Shown one piece after another: positions 13,716-26,589 of a stretch of 44,068 nucleotides of DNA (within the stretch, counting starts at the first letter, position 1; the number at the start of each line of letters is the position of its first letter). The notes under the pieces were generated by a model. The model ran no database searches, was not told where the DNA came from, and was given only the letters and a program-made list of their open reading frames with translations. This stretch comes from Octopus bimaculoides (Eukaryota), in the NCBI RefSeq assembly GCF_001194135.2, contig NC_068990.1:39075628-39119695 (forward strand), in the 5' to 3' direction. Made by a program: the position numbers and the translations under genes.

Positions 13716-14578
13716 AAACCGTTCAGAAGAGATCCTGCAAGATAGAAACGGTAAAGCACCGGACTACACGTATTATGTTATCTAATTTGATCCTTTTGCA
13801 TCCTAAGGTCAAGTAACTTTCAGCTTTTGAGGTGGTTTGGCGGGAGGTGGGTGATAATATTATCGATTGATTAATCCGTTTTTGAGATATATTTCCGACA
13901 GAAGGATAAAAATGGCTTAACTCGGAAGGTCAGACTCATTATATTACTTCATTTTGATTTCAAGTTCAAATCCTAGTAGCGCGGCGAGTAACGGAGGAGT
14001 GGGGAGATTATGCTTTGACTACCGTCCGGTCTGGACCAGATTCAACCAGCTATAACCTTCTCTTGGAAAGGAAAAAATATATAAGGAAAAATAATATAAT
14101 ATGAAATTATTAAATATAAAGGCAATTATATGTTTGCGGTTATTTTAATTGCGTCTCTACAATTAATTAGCTGGTCAAAAGAGGAAATTTGAAATCAGTG
14201 AACTGTAACAATGAAGTTAAAAATATTTTTAAAATGGAAAGCTAGAGAGGCGCAATAGATTTCAAACAACTGATTAAAAATACAATTATGTGTGTATTGG
14301 GGATGGCGAAGAAAACAAAAAATCGAAACTTTATTTTTACATTACAAAACTGACTAACAATGGCAAAGAACTAAATTTATAATAACAGATATTATTTTTA
14401 CATTTTTATTGCTTTATATTCAGGGATTTCAACCGTGAAATGCGATATGCTAAGTGTTAAAACATATAAATGTCAACTGACTCAACAATCTAATAATTTC
14501 TCTAAATTTTATTAATTATATTTCATGTCATGAATTACATTTAATTTACCAAATTGCAAATGGTTAGAGTGGTTAGAC

Positions 14579-14747
14579 TAGTATTTCCAAACCTTTCATG
14601 CACAACGCCCACCTGAACCACTTGGATAATTACAACTGATCCGAAATCATACTCGCACATATATAGTTGCTGTAATTAAACTTAAAATGTACTGTTCACT
14701 CACACCTTCATAGGTGAGGATGGTATGACACACCTTTGGAACCACCG
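14579..14747. mobile_element. Possible hAT (Charlie-like) MITE remnant
   Basis: Ends TAGTATTTCCAAAC and CTTTGGAACCACCG resemble the CAGTGGTTCCCAAA-type TIR; no clean 8-bp TSD. Confidence 0.35.
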
Positions 14748-14814
14748 GATACAGGATGATCTAAAGGAAACCAAGGAGAGGTCAATCAATTGCTTCGAAA
14801 TAGCAGCTAGATAT

Positions 14815-15010
14815 CCATCGTTGGAAAAATGCTTTGTGGTATCTCTTCAGGCTTTTTACGTTCTCAGGTCAAAATCCGCAGAGGTCAACTTTGGTTTTTA
14901 CACTTCTAGAGCAAATAAATTAAAATAGCACCCATGTACCAAGGTCAGTAGTATAAACTAAGCCCCTCAGCTGAAAATTGCTGGTCTTGTATCTAAAGTA
15001 ATAAAATAAT
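14815..15010 (+). mobile_element. Degenerate SINE family A copy
   Basis: TACGTTCT...AAATCCGCAGAGGTCAACTTTG...AAATTGCTGGTCTTGT colinear with 38151-38364. Confidence 0.7.
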
Positions 15011-15026
15011 TACATCCTACTGAACG

Positions 15027-15408
15027 TATAACGATATCATGTAACATAAATGTTCAAGAAATGAGCTTTCCGTGACTATGTACTTTGGAGTTCAAGCCTA
15101 CTAAGTAACACCTTAGGAAAGTGTTTTCTGCAATAAGCTCGTTCCAAAAGGGCTTAGTGAGTGAAATTTGTTTAACAGAATAACTTGGAAAACGCTTTTG
15201 TTGGGTGTTAGACTTAATTTGTCGCCCGGTTTAACAGATTCACTTATTTTTTGCATGACGTTAATAGAATCCATTCTGTTGCAAGCCTTTTGGTTGGGTC
15301 TCCAGTCTAACAATAGCCACTTCCATTCTTCTTCTCACCACTCTCAGAGCATTGATAATAGCCATTCTGGTTGGCCAGCAAATTATAACGATATCATGTA
15401 ACATAAAT
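15027..15408. repeat. Perfect 25-bp direct repeat flanking a 332-bp unique insert
   Basis: TATAACGATATCATGTAACATAAAT at 15027-15051 and 15384-15408. Confidence 0.95.
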
Positions 15409-16283
15409 CAAATGCGGATACACATTGACCAATAGAGTTTCTTATATATAAAATATGAGCTTTGGATTTATCAAGGACTAAACAATCACTACAATAACAT
15501 TAATAACCTTACCTATAGATATAAATTTCTGAGTAACACGGATGTTTAAGAAAATCCTGATTTTTATCTTCAGCTTTAAACATTGGTCTGGTTAATTGCT
15601 CCTACCTTTTAGCATCTGATATCGTCATCAATGCCTTCTGATTTTCAGGTGTTGTTTAGCATCATGCTCGGCCTAATCGAGGATATCAGTAGGTAAAAGT
15701 AGCCGATCTTCCTTATATCAAGTGATTAACATGACCCAATGTATCTAAGGATATCTGACTGCGTGTTTTTAGTGAGTAATGAGGTTGCGTAGTTGAGTAG
15801 AGAGACTACATAGAGACTTATCCATAGCAATATTTTCTTCATAATCCTCGGTTTTCTCAGAGATCCACAAGAGCTCTTTTTTTATACCGAAAAAACAATA
15901 CGTTTTCTGGGAAACGATGCCGATTCAATAAATTGTACTGAGATATGGAATTTTTTTTAATGAATTATGGTTTTTTTTTCCGTAAAATTTTCCACAGTCT
16001 ATTGTAGTCCTTGTTGCTATACAATCGTTTTCTATCTAAGAGATATAAGACGAAATTATAGAAAATGTTACAAAACATGGCGTATCTTCCCTGCCTAAAT
16101 TTTCAGCAATTTAAGTACAAAACTGTAGCCTATAAATTAGAACATACAAATGTACATTCACTTTTATATACTGAGATGATTATAAGTTCAGTCATGAAAA
16201 CAATTTTAATAACAATCATAACATACACTCAACACAGAAACTACAGAGTGGAAGGGGAAAGTTTGTCAGCAAATGTACACATA

Positions 16284-16315
16284 CATTGGCGGGAAATCAA
16301 AGCATGACGCCAATG
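16284..16315. promoter_or_regulatory. Compact CCAAT / E2F-like / CRE-half-site motif cluster forming an 8-bp inverted repeat
   Basis: CATTGGCG-GGAAATCAAAGCATGA-CGCCAATG: ATTGG, TTGGCGGGAAA, TGACG, CCAAT. Motif match only. Confidence 0.2.
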
Positions 16316-17319
16316 GTCAAAATAGTTTAAAGAAAATTGCTGTATATGTGCAAATATTGAGAAACTCAATAGTATGTAGTCAATGTAATTAGCAATTATT
16401 CAAATGATTCTCTGCAATCAGAAACATTATCCGTCTGCCAGATGTACTTATGAATGATATACTGTAGGAAGAGATATGGATGCAGTGGTGCCTTTCTGTA
16501 AAGTTTCATTAAAGAATCACGTACAAATGTTTGTTAAAGAAATTGGGATCTGAAAGGGAGGGGCGGTTCAATGACAATGAAATAAAAGCCCAGCTATTTA
16601 TTCAAAGAAGATTTAATGTGCTAATAAGAAGACAAGAATGAATTACTCTCGTAGTGTAATTTAGCCCAAGGCCACCCCCATTGCGGTTCACCAGATAATA
16701 TAGTATATCAACCGCAACCATCCCATTTTTTAAAGTTATATCTAGTTTTATAGTCTGTATTTATTCAATTACGTAAATGATGAGTTGAGGTAGATCTAGC
16801 TACTATGTATAGTATATAGAGGGGTGGCACGTGTTCATTCATGTTGTTGCTGTACTTTTCAAATAAGATTGATGTTATATTGCTATTTCATTTTTATTTT
16901 ACAGCAAAACAACAACAGTAGCATATTTGGTGGAAGGAAGGTGAATAATTAACATACTTAGGTAAATATATGAATAGTCGTGGCCTCGTCCCTATATTGT
17001 TCAGCTCCTGATCGTAAAATCGCTAGTTCAATTCTTGGATGAGCAAGCACGATTTAACTGTGAGTAAATTTTGCTTCATGAAATGTAGCAACGTTTCATG
17101 TTACTACATTCTACTCAGCTGTAAAGGCTACCAACCGGGTGCAAGTGTAGTCTCCCTCCTACACGCTGTCACGTCCTGGATAGTAAACTGTATCAAAGGT
17201 GATGGGTATAAGAGTATCTATGTCTGCTTGTGGCAAAGATTGGTGAAAGTGCAATACATATTACAAACTATACTCGCTCACGTATTACGTCTGATTCCGA
17301 TGAACTTTCTGATAAAGAT

Positions 17320-17430
17320 ACAAGACCGCATTAATGAATACAGCGGTGATATACACTGATTTCAATTACGTTCTGCGTTCAAATCTATCCGGTTACCATT
17401 TTTCCTTAATCCTTTCTTAGATCCAGCGAA
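17320..17430 (+). mobile_element. Degenerate SINE family A copy
   Basis: TTACGTTCTGCGTTCAAAT...CCTTAATCCTTTC remnants. Confidence 0.5.
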
Positions 17431-18398
17431 GCACAAGGCTCACTGAGATCTCTAAAATATATGATTTTGTGATTAAGTTAGCACGTATTTCACTAAGTAG
17501 GGAAGATGTAATGTTTTAAAGAGAAACGATAGTGAAGCTGTAAGATTTATCACTACTTCGATATTTTAGTGAAGTGAATTCAGGTTATATTGAAAACTTG
17601 CTATATTTTTGACGGAGAATAAGAGAAATAATATGATTAAAACAACTTTGTATCGAATGACATCGTCATAATAATTACATTATAAATAGACGGAAACATA
17701 TTTAATAATTGAAGTTTAAACATTTACAAAGATTAAATGTATTCAGGCCTACAGTTAACAGAAATTACATTTATATGAATAATATCTTTTTCAGAGATAA
17801 TCAAGGAAATTTCTCTGAATGCGGTTTCTATTAGTTAAAAATGTTCAGCAAGTACTACAATGTATGTAAGGATGCTGGCATTTCCTTTCTTCGAGATGTC
17901 GTATCCAGATTCTCTCCAAATTAAGACAATGAATGATCTTGCCTGGTGTTTAAAATACTAAAATACGGTTACATCGGTTGAATGTCTTCTAACAGTTAGA
18001 GGAATAGTTTCTTAAAATTCATTACTCCTCGTATAACCACGTCTGCCAGCAGGGACATCCAAAACGAACACCATTTGCAAAAGGTTAAATATATTCGACA
18101 AAAGGTGAAACATATCTGAAACAGTGCATTCGCCGACAACTTCCGATTGGGAAACACTTATGAATTGAATTCAAAAGACGGAATCTGTAGGTAGGATCTA
18201 ATTTACATACACTGAGCATGTGGGGTGCATGTATATATATNNNNNNNNNNNNNNNNNNNNNNNNNNNNNNNNNNNNNNNNNNNNNNNNNNNNNNNNNNNN
18301 NNNNNNNNNNNNNNNNNNNNNNNNNNNNNNNNNNNNNNNNNNNNNNNNNNNNNNNNNNNNNNNNNNNNNNNNNNNNNNNNNNNNNNNNNNNNNNNNNN

Positions 18399-18433
<35 letters not shown>

Positions 18434-18459
18434 CCTTTCTCATAATTGATTTGCTTCAG

Positions 18460-18517
18460 GGATTAGGCTACGGACATGCTGGATATAGTCTTGAGGGATT
18501 TAGTACAGGGAATCATT
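18460..18517 (+). CDS. Candidate Gly/Tyr-rich micro-exon (weak)
   Basis: Acceptor GATTTGCTTCAG|, open frame GLGYGHAGYSLEGFSTGNH, donor |GTTAGT. Confidence 0.2.
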
Positions 18518-18900
18518 GTTAGTACTTATTTTAAGCTTATCGGGCTCTTCCACCCGAACCGCGATGCTAATGGGTCATAAATAAATCTACATAATTGGCC
18601 AAAATGTAATGGAGAGAAACACAAATGCAAGGACTCTCGCATGCGCACACGCACTCTCACACGCACATTGTCGTGTGAAAGAATAAAATGTTTGTGCGTG
18701 TGTATGTACGTGCATGAGTGTATGTGTGTACATGTGTGTGTCTCTGTATGTGAAAAGTATACGTCTGTACGATAGTACCGCATTGCGGATCTGTTCATGA
18801 TTATAAAGTTATTCGATGTTATGTCACAGTATCTAGGTTAGATTTCAGTTTTGTATTTATTTTCGGTTAATTTGCCAATTCCTTTCCCGAAGAGTTGAAT

Positions 18901-18962
18901 ATTTATACGCTAAAACACATTTATACGCTAAAACACATTTATACGCTAAAACACATTTATAC
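18901..18962. repeat. 18-bp tandem repeat x3.4
   Basis: ATTTATACGCTAAAACAC x3 plus partial ATTTATAC. Confidence 0.97.
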
Positions 18963-19429
18963 ACACTGAAACTTATACATATACGTATTTATGGATGCTT
19001 GTATATGTGTTTGGGAGTTGCACGCAGTCGCACTAGAGAACAGTTGTATGAGGAACAATAGCAGTTAAAGAGTTTATAAGACTCAGAGAAACATTATGTA
19101 CGTGCCAACAGCTTCTAGCTAGAAGTTTTCCAGAAAATGTGTTAAACTAAATTAGTCCCTAATCACCTTTTAAATCTTCTGATAAAACCAAACTAATTAT
19201 GGACCTCAATTTTTATTATGGTTTTTCAATCTTACATAATTTGCGGGGAAGGAGGATCGTTTTGTAAAAATATTTTTTCCATACTTGTTATTTTTTGTGC
19301 TTTCCTTGATATCCATATACATTTGAAGGTGTGTATGTTTATGCGTTGTATACGTTAGAATATATTTTTTGCATTTTGTTGATGGTGCATGCATTCTTTC
19401 TTCGTTTCTGTAATTTGCTCAGCATATGT

Positions 19430-19600
<171 letters not shown>

Positions 19601-20050
19601 CATACATTTATGTGTGTGTTTGTGTGAGTGTACATACATATACACCCACAGTACAGGGGAGAAAATCATTAAGTACCAATAGTGAAAGAAATTAACTATG
19701 TCAGCTGAAATTAGTAAATTTAATTAAATTTCACATTCCCTTTGCAGTAAATATCTCTGCGTGTTTCTCAAGTTTTCCGTATAAATATTGTATCTACATA
19801 TTGTAATATATGTTACTTTTATGTGTGACTTTATATATATTGTCTTAGTAGTTGTACATTTATATAGTTACGCCAGTTAAGCTGGTGTCTCTAGATGCGG
19901 ATTGGTGCTTATTTGTGTTAATACATTTTCGTGTGAAAATTTAGTTAGAAGAATGTTACCCAACTGCTCGCATCCATATAATTGCGTGTTTGTGTGCGTG
20001 TGCGTGTGTATGTGTGTGTGGTTGTGCTTGTGTGTGTATGTGTATTTCCA

Positions 20051-20088
20051 TATGTATGTACGGAGGCGTTATGTATGTACGGAGGTGT
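20051..20088. repeat. 19-bp tandem duplication
   Basis: TATGTATGTACGGAGGCGT / TATGTATGTACGGAGGTGT. Confidence 0.9.
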
Positions 20089-20336
20089 AGTTTGTTGCCG
20101 GTGTATACTTGTGCGTTTTCATCCTCTGCTTCCTTCGTGTATTGATATTTCAATTATTTCATAAATGAGCTAATACTATAATAATAAAATATATGAATTA
20201 ATTAATCAGCAAAATTATGATTAATATCTATACATTCCTTGTACATGTATATACATACATATATAGATATGTGTATGTATATATATATTATTTTGTGTGT
20301 GTATGTTATAAGTATATATTTATAAGTATGCATATA

Positions 20337-20371
<35 letters not shown>

Positions 20372-20400
20372 ATATATATATATGTATCTATATATATGTA

Positions 20401-20465
<65 letters not shown>

Positions 20466-20474
20466 CAATCTCAT

Positions 20475-20635
20475 AGAAAAACAGACGAAAACGGGTGTAG
20501 GAACATCAACCAAGTGTATTAGTTTGACGCTCGGGAAAAATGGAAAACCCTTTTACGTTTCGAGTCTATGCTCTTCGACAGAAAGGAATAAGAGGAAACA
20601 AATTGAGAAAGAATGAAAAAAAGAACGTGAGTCCA
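20475..20635 (-). mobile_element. Short dispersed PLE-like repeat (family H), copy 1
   Basis: Colinear with copies at 26382-26585, 27745-27890 and 36510-36650; shares the hammerhead-like motif and TTCCCGAGCGT.AAACTAATACA. Confidence 0.8.
20549..20586 (-). ncRNA. Minimal type I hammerhead ribozyme-like motif
   Basis: Minus strand: CCTTT | CTGTCGA | A | GAGC-ATAG-ACTC | GAA | ACGT | A | AAAGG, i.e. 5-bp stem I, core with A6U, stem II, palindromic stem III, GUA cleavage triplet. Confidence 0.6.
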
Positions 20636-21299
20636 TTGGTCCAACACATATATATAGATTTAGATATATATAGTAATAAAGAGCGAGATAGGGAGAGGGA
20701 GAGTGTGTTTGTGTATGTGAGAGAGAATATAACAGACAGAAAGTAAGTGAAATTAATGCTGTAAATATGTACACGCACATATACACTATATGAGGAAAAC
20801 GTTATATATCTCTCTTACGACGGTCACCGAAACATTTGTAATGATGCCCGAAATATTTATTTTCATGATATAACCTCCAGCCATGGTTTCTATATGTGCC
20901 TGTCTCTGACCTTTATAAGCAAACCAAACCTTCGCAAGAAATTTTGCTAAGGCTTCACAAATACTCTTCACGAATTTCCTCTACTCATTACAGAGTAATA
21001 CGTAAATTTTCTAAAACAACGATTATGTAGTGTTCACAAGCCTTACACCCACACGTGCATATACATACTCTCCCTTACACATACTCTCACACACACTCAT
21101 AATATTATATACATCGCATCTTCCCTCTGATATATACCGCTTTTGGTATATGAGATTCGAAAAACTGCAGTAGACGGATTTCAGAAGAAGGCTATCCGAT
21201 TGCGACAGAAGTAGCTAGCGCTTACAAAGTGCATGAGTCAAGCAGAAGAGAGCAGAAGTGAAGAACTGCGGAGTCTGTTGAAGCTGTAGAGTCGCGACT

Positions 21300-22090
21300 A
21301 CGACATAGCGTAGATGGGTTAACGTGAACGGGCTAGAGTAGGTAGCAGGACAATACCTCACTATCACAATACGAAAAAGACAAGAGGCTTCTGAGCCAAA
21401 ATAAGATGTGAGTGTCAGTTGAGGAAGAACGATCCTGCAAGACTTAAAATACGTCCGTTGAAATCCTGCTTAAGATGGAAGCAAATGATGGCACGCTCTC
21501 TAGTGTCTTGAGTTTGGGAAATTAAAATCTCAACAGTTAACATTTCTAGTTTAGGCAGTGTACAACAGCCTACTGAGCCTATCAAATTTGTTCTGTAGGT
21601 GGAAGATTTTACCAGCTTGTCCTCTCAACCCTGAATAGAGGGACGCCAGAGGACATCTTCAGAATTTGTCTAAAAGCTGAAGGTAAAGAGCGCATGAGCA
21701 ATTCCTGGGTGTTCCCGAATGTCATAATAGATAACATCTACAGCAAGTTAGTCATTTCAAGCGCCTGTACTTCACAAAGGAGCGTGTCATTTTTGTTGAT
21801 GGTTTTTTGAAGAGAAATCCAGTTGCCTGGTTCTCATTCTGGTTCTGTTAGCAACGGCGCCACACTGGTTGCTGAAAGACGATTTGGAGTAGCAGATGAA
21901 GCTGATCTTGGAAATTTCGAAGCAAATGGTTCTGTTGCAAGTCTCCGTTCTTTGGGAAGAAGTGAATCGTATTGAGGAAGGAAATTGATGATCGTATGGA
22001 GAAAGAAAAAGAAACATGCTGAACTTATAACTTTATGCCGAATCAATGGGGGCGGCAAGTTAGGTGTAATCCGATTGAGTGAACAGAGTG
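21300..22090 (+). mobile_element. Decayed Hero-clade (R2-group, RLE-type) non-LTR retrotransposon
   Basis: Across frameshifts: ARSLV (cf. KSRSLV), EPIK..RW (cf. EPVKSLGRWY), FLGVP (cf. WLGLP), WLLKDDL..Q, KQMVLLQVSVLWEE..RIEE (cf. KQVILIELTVPWEE), KKKHAEL..CR, RCNPIE (cf. C.PIEVG). Confidence 0.75.
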
Positions 22091-22139
22091 GCACATGACA
22101 ATAAAGCGCAATACATATGATCGTGTGCATGCATATATA

Positions 22140-22257
22140 CATATGTGTGTATGTTTTTGTGTGTGTGTGTGTATAAAGAGAGAGAGAGAGAGGGAGAGAG
22201 AGAGAGAGAAATGCATATTTATAGATACGTAGATAGATACATAGAAAGATAGACAGT

Positions 22258-22317
<60 letters not shown>

Positions 22318-22338
22318 CACCGTGAGATAGACACCATG
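22140..22338. repeat. (TG)/(GA)/(AGAT)n compound microsatellite ending in a 14-bp duplication
   Basis: AGATAGACACCGTG (22311-22324) / AGATAGACACCATG (22325-22338). Confidence 0.9.
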
Positions 22339-22960
22339 GGATAAGTTATTGTTAACAAGATTATAATTTCTCAGACTATTAACTTCATCTATATCGATAC
22401 AAATTGATTCGATATTTGCATCTACAACACTTTATTTCGATTTCTTTTTGTTTTGTGCTTTGTGTTTGCGAGTAGCATACACCCTATGTCTGTTGATTTT
22501 GTGCATTCTGCTATGCCATTTAGTATCATGTCGGTCATTAATTGATCAGTTGTTGTAGGGAATGCTGTGTTAGATGTCTTCCTTACTAATGTTTTTCCTA
22601 TTAATTTTGTTTTATGTTGTGAGATATAATGCGTTACATCAAATCTACAGATTAAACCAACTACTAATCAACATTGGGTGTTAAAACAAACTAGTCGACC
22701 ACGTTATAGAACAATACAGAAAGAAATTCCCAGTAGAAAATGCATCAGGTGCCAGACATGTTATGTGATCAAACCACCCGCAGTTTATTAAACTAATCCA
22801 ATGCTTTCTAGCTATTTAATAAATAAACGCCATTTAAAAAAAAAAAAAGCTCGTAAACATATTGAAGAAAACCAAAACTACATTGCAGCTGATTAAAAAC
22901 TAACACCAATAATGTACTATAAAATGCAAAAGAACCATGGTTCCTCATCAAAAATTAATT

Positions 22961-23002
22961 ACATGCTAGCAAAGCGAACATGCTAGCAAAGCGAACATGC
23001 TA
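22961..23002. repeat. 17-bp tandem repeat x2.5
   Basis: ACATGCTAGCAAAGCGA x2 plus ACATGCTA. Confidence 0.95.
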
Positions 23003-23062
23003 AACATTGAATGCTAAATGGGATTGTAACGATTTATAAATTAAACATATAATTATAATGTA

Positions 23063-23251
23063 CTTTCTACAATAGGTACAAAGCCGGATATTTTGGTATA
23101 GAGGTCCTGTCGATAACATCAACACCAGTCCTCCACTGGTACTTATCTACTTTTATTTTTCGAAAACAAAAATGAAAGGACAATGCCTGCGGCAGAATTT
23201 GAATTCAGGGCGTAAATGCGGAAAAAATACCAGTAAACTCGCTCTCCTGCC
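23063..23251 (-). mobile_element. Degenerate SINE family A copy
   Basis: CTTTCTACAATAGGTACAAAGCC...CTGGTACTTA...ATGAAAGG...GCGGCAGAATTTGAA is the reverse complement of family A. Confidence 0.7.
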
Positions 23252-23835
23252 TATTACTGTAATATTACCAATAAGAAGGTTTCTATCTGCTTTCTATGCA
23301 CTTATCAGAAGAATGAATTTAAATACACTAAGTCGCAAATATAAAGAAAAGTACGATCAGGAATGTTGGAGTATATCATATCCATGCTATGGAAGCAAAA
23401 GAATGATGTGCTATTTTCGTGTTTAAATCAACATATAGACAAGGTGCATTCGTCATAAACAACTGCAATTGATTCCATCTCATTGACAAAAAACAGTCAC
23501 TAACCAACAGCTAACGGTCATATACTGAAAAACTCGAGAAAATATTACTACTAATATAGTAAAAATTTCGTTGACCCTGTTAATATAAAATGGCAGTAAC
23601 ACAGAATAATCACTTCTAGAATATAAGGACAAAGGCGTCTGAAAACGTTAATGGACTTAGAGAATTTACCATTCCAAGTCAACTGTAAGCTCTTCGTACA
23701 CAAATAAGAAACATGTGTCAGTATAGCACAAACTGACACAGATATATGCATTGGCACTGGCGCGCACATTTACAGAGGTACACACCTAGATAGATACATA
23801 TATAGGCATGCATTTGTGTGCTTGAATTTGTTCGC

Positions 23836-23887
<52 letters not shown>

Positions 23888-24374
23888 CAAAGATGGAGAT
23901 TAAACGTGTGCAAAGGGGAGCAGAAATGAGTGAAAACACCCTTGCTGTCAACACGTTAGTGTCTATAACATCGACATCAGCAACAGCTGAACGAACAGTA
24001 GTCGAGTTGTATAGCAGCTACAGCAGCAATACACGAAACTATAACTGAGTTAGAAAGATTAAAAACTCTTCAAAGGAAGATTTACAAATGGGCTTGCTTC
24101 ACACCAAAGTGACATCAACAGCCACACAACAACAACGACAAACATGCATGCACTTGAACAAACCAAACATAAACAACTTTTTATTCTGGTCAAACGGGAA
24201 GAAGGAATGGGAGATGAGTATATGGAGAAAAAATAAAAGAAAGCAAATGACCATGAACACTATACAAAGTATAAAAGAGGCCGAAGTCCGACCAAAGTTC
24301 TAGAAATTCAGTTACACGCCAGCATAACTAGCACAACATTTTTTTTAATTCCAAAGCTCTCTAATGAAGGAAAA

Positions 24375-24480
24375 GTTGTAATCGACCCCGTGAGATAACT
24401 GGCACTTTAACGGGGACGGAATGAAGAAAATGTCGATATCATTAAATTTTGGAAATAGAACGTAATCTAACGCTTACGTA
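24375..24480 (-). mobile_element. Degenerate SINE family A fragment
   Basis: TAATCGACCCC...AACTGGCACTT...GGAATGAA remnants. Confidence 0.45.
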
Positions 24481-26324
24481 ATTCAACTATTATTATTGCC
24501 ACAACTGCCAGTTTCTTATGAAATAAAGGATTCTGATCTAATATGATTTGTGCATTTTCATGGAGATAACAATTGTTCAACGACATTACTTCTGCCAGAC
24601 ATTGCATGCATATATTTTAAAGTTGTACTAAGAGTAGTGGTGGGCGAATGATGGCTGGTCTACTGATGGTAGTGATAGAGCCTGTGGGGAGGTGGTCACA
24701 ATATATATAATAGCTAGCATATGTTGGCATGTGTCAAAGACAATAGCAAATGAGTGAAAACATCTGGATATATACAACGCCCTTTAATATGTTGTATTCA
24801 GATACTATGCATAAGATACGGAGGCCAGACAGTCATCAGTGTTTGAGGTACATCCTAATACAAATACTGATGGGTACAAATACTTAATACATCTACCAAG
24901 CACGCACACACACACACACACACACATACAAATGTTATATGTATTCGCTGAAGCACATTTATACACATACACAAAAAGGATACTCAAAAAACAATGCTGA
25001 GTACGGTGTTGAATTAAATAAAACTAACTGTCTTCATTCAGGTTCCATGCGTCTGCGATGATTCAGTGCAACGAAGCTGCAATGAAGAGTGAAACAGTTA
25101 AGTTAAAATAAACTATATGTGTTTGCGCGTGTGTATGTGTGTACGAATGTGTATAGGTGTGTGTGTGTGCCTGTATGCCTGTATGCCTATGTGCCTGTGT
25201 ATCTGTGTATATATGCATATATGTGTATATGTATATATATATANNNNNNNNNNNNNNNNNNNNNNNNNNNNNNNNNNNNNNNNNNNNNNNNNNNNNNNNN
25301 NNNNNNNNNNNNNNNNNNNNNNNNNNNNNNNNNNNNNNNNNNNNNNNNNNNNNNNNNNNNNNNNNNNNNNNNNNNNNNNNNNNNNNNNNNNNNNNNNNNN
25401 NNNNNNNNNNNNNNNNNNNNNNNNNNNNNNNNNNNNNNNNNNNNNNNNNNNNNNNNNNNNNNNNNNNNNNNNNNNNNNNNNNNNNNNNNNNNNNNNNNNN
25501 NNNNNNNNNNNNNNNNNNNNNNNNNNNNNNNNNNNNNNNNNNNNNNNNNNNNNNNNNNNNNNNNNNNNNNNNNNNNNNNNNNNNNNNNNNNNNNNNNNNN
25601 NNNNNNNNNNNNNNNNNNNNNNNNNNNNNNNNNNNNNNNNNNNNNNNNNNNNNNNNNNNNNNNNNNNNNNNNNNNNNNNNNNNNNNNNNNNNNNNNNNNN
25701 NNNNNNNNNNNNNNNNNNNNNNNNNNNNNNNNNNNNNNNNNNNNNNNNNNNNNNNNNNATATATATATATATATAGGTAGAGAGAGCTAACAATGAGCGA
25801 TTATCAATCTGGGCAAAATACTACATAAGCTCTCTGTTGTCACAACAGACTAACAATATTATTTAAATTTGAGAACTTCAATAATTCTTATGCCAGGTTC
25901 CAAGGTTCACCACAGTTGTAGTGCATCAGAAGTCTATATTGTAAATCCGTGGTTGGGCTCCAGACAAACTGGTTTTTACACAGATTGATATATAAGACAG
26001 GTTATAAGAAACGCACATTACATATTTTTCCTTTATTAGAGCAAATTTGACTTGCAACTATTTCCAGTATTCATTATAAGTAAGTTATTAATAGGTTTAC
26101 TCACTCGATCTATTGATCAGTTGAGAAAAGTTGAAGGACCTAAAAAAAATTAACGCAACTTTTGTCAGAGCCATTTCTGATTATATAAAAAGCTGATCAT
26201 AAGACCGATTCACTAAACCTATCAGTAACGTACCTATAATGACTACTAGAAACAGCTGTAATCCAAATTTGCTGCAATAGAGGAAAAGTATATGATAACC
26301 ATTGTGTATGTGTGTGTGTGGGGG

Positions 26325-26364
<40 letters not shown>

Positions 26365-26381
26365 GTGTGTGTGTGTGTGTG

Positions 26382-26585
26382 TCCGGCATTCGCCATGATA
26401 GATCGCTGACCACTACATTTATATATTTTTTTCTCTCCTTGTTTCTTTCTGTGTTCCTTTCTGTTGAAGAGCGTAGGCTCGAAACGTTAAAGACTTTCTC
26501 TATTCCCGAGCGTTATACTAATACATCCATTTCTTGTTTGCACCACCTGTCTTCGTCTGTTGTTTTTTTTTCGTAAATTCTCCCT
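26382..26585 (+). mobile_element. Short dispersed PLE-like repeat (family H), copy 2, best preserved
   Basis: Begins right after (GT)n; pyrimidine tract, hammerhead-like motif, TTCCCGAGCGTTATACTAATACA, CACCTGTCTTCGTCTGTT, T-run. Confidence 0.8.
26457..26492 (+). ncRNA. Minimal type I hammerhead ribozyme-like motif
   Basis: CTTT | CTGTTGA | A | GAGC-GTAG-GCTC | GAA | ACGT | T | AAAG: perfect stem II, palindromic stem III, 4-bp stem I; core A6U. Confidence 0.65.
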
Positions 26586-26589
26586 AACA

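Noticed and set aside
23890-24330. ORFs following the (CT)n tract
   Set aside because: Short frames with no domain and no coherent splice structure.
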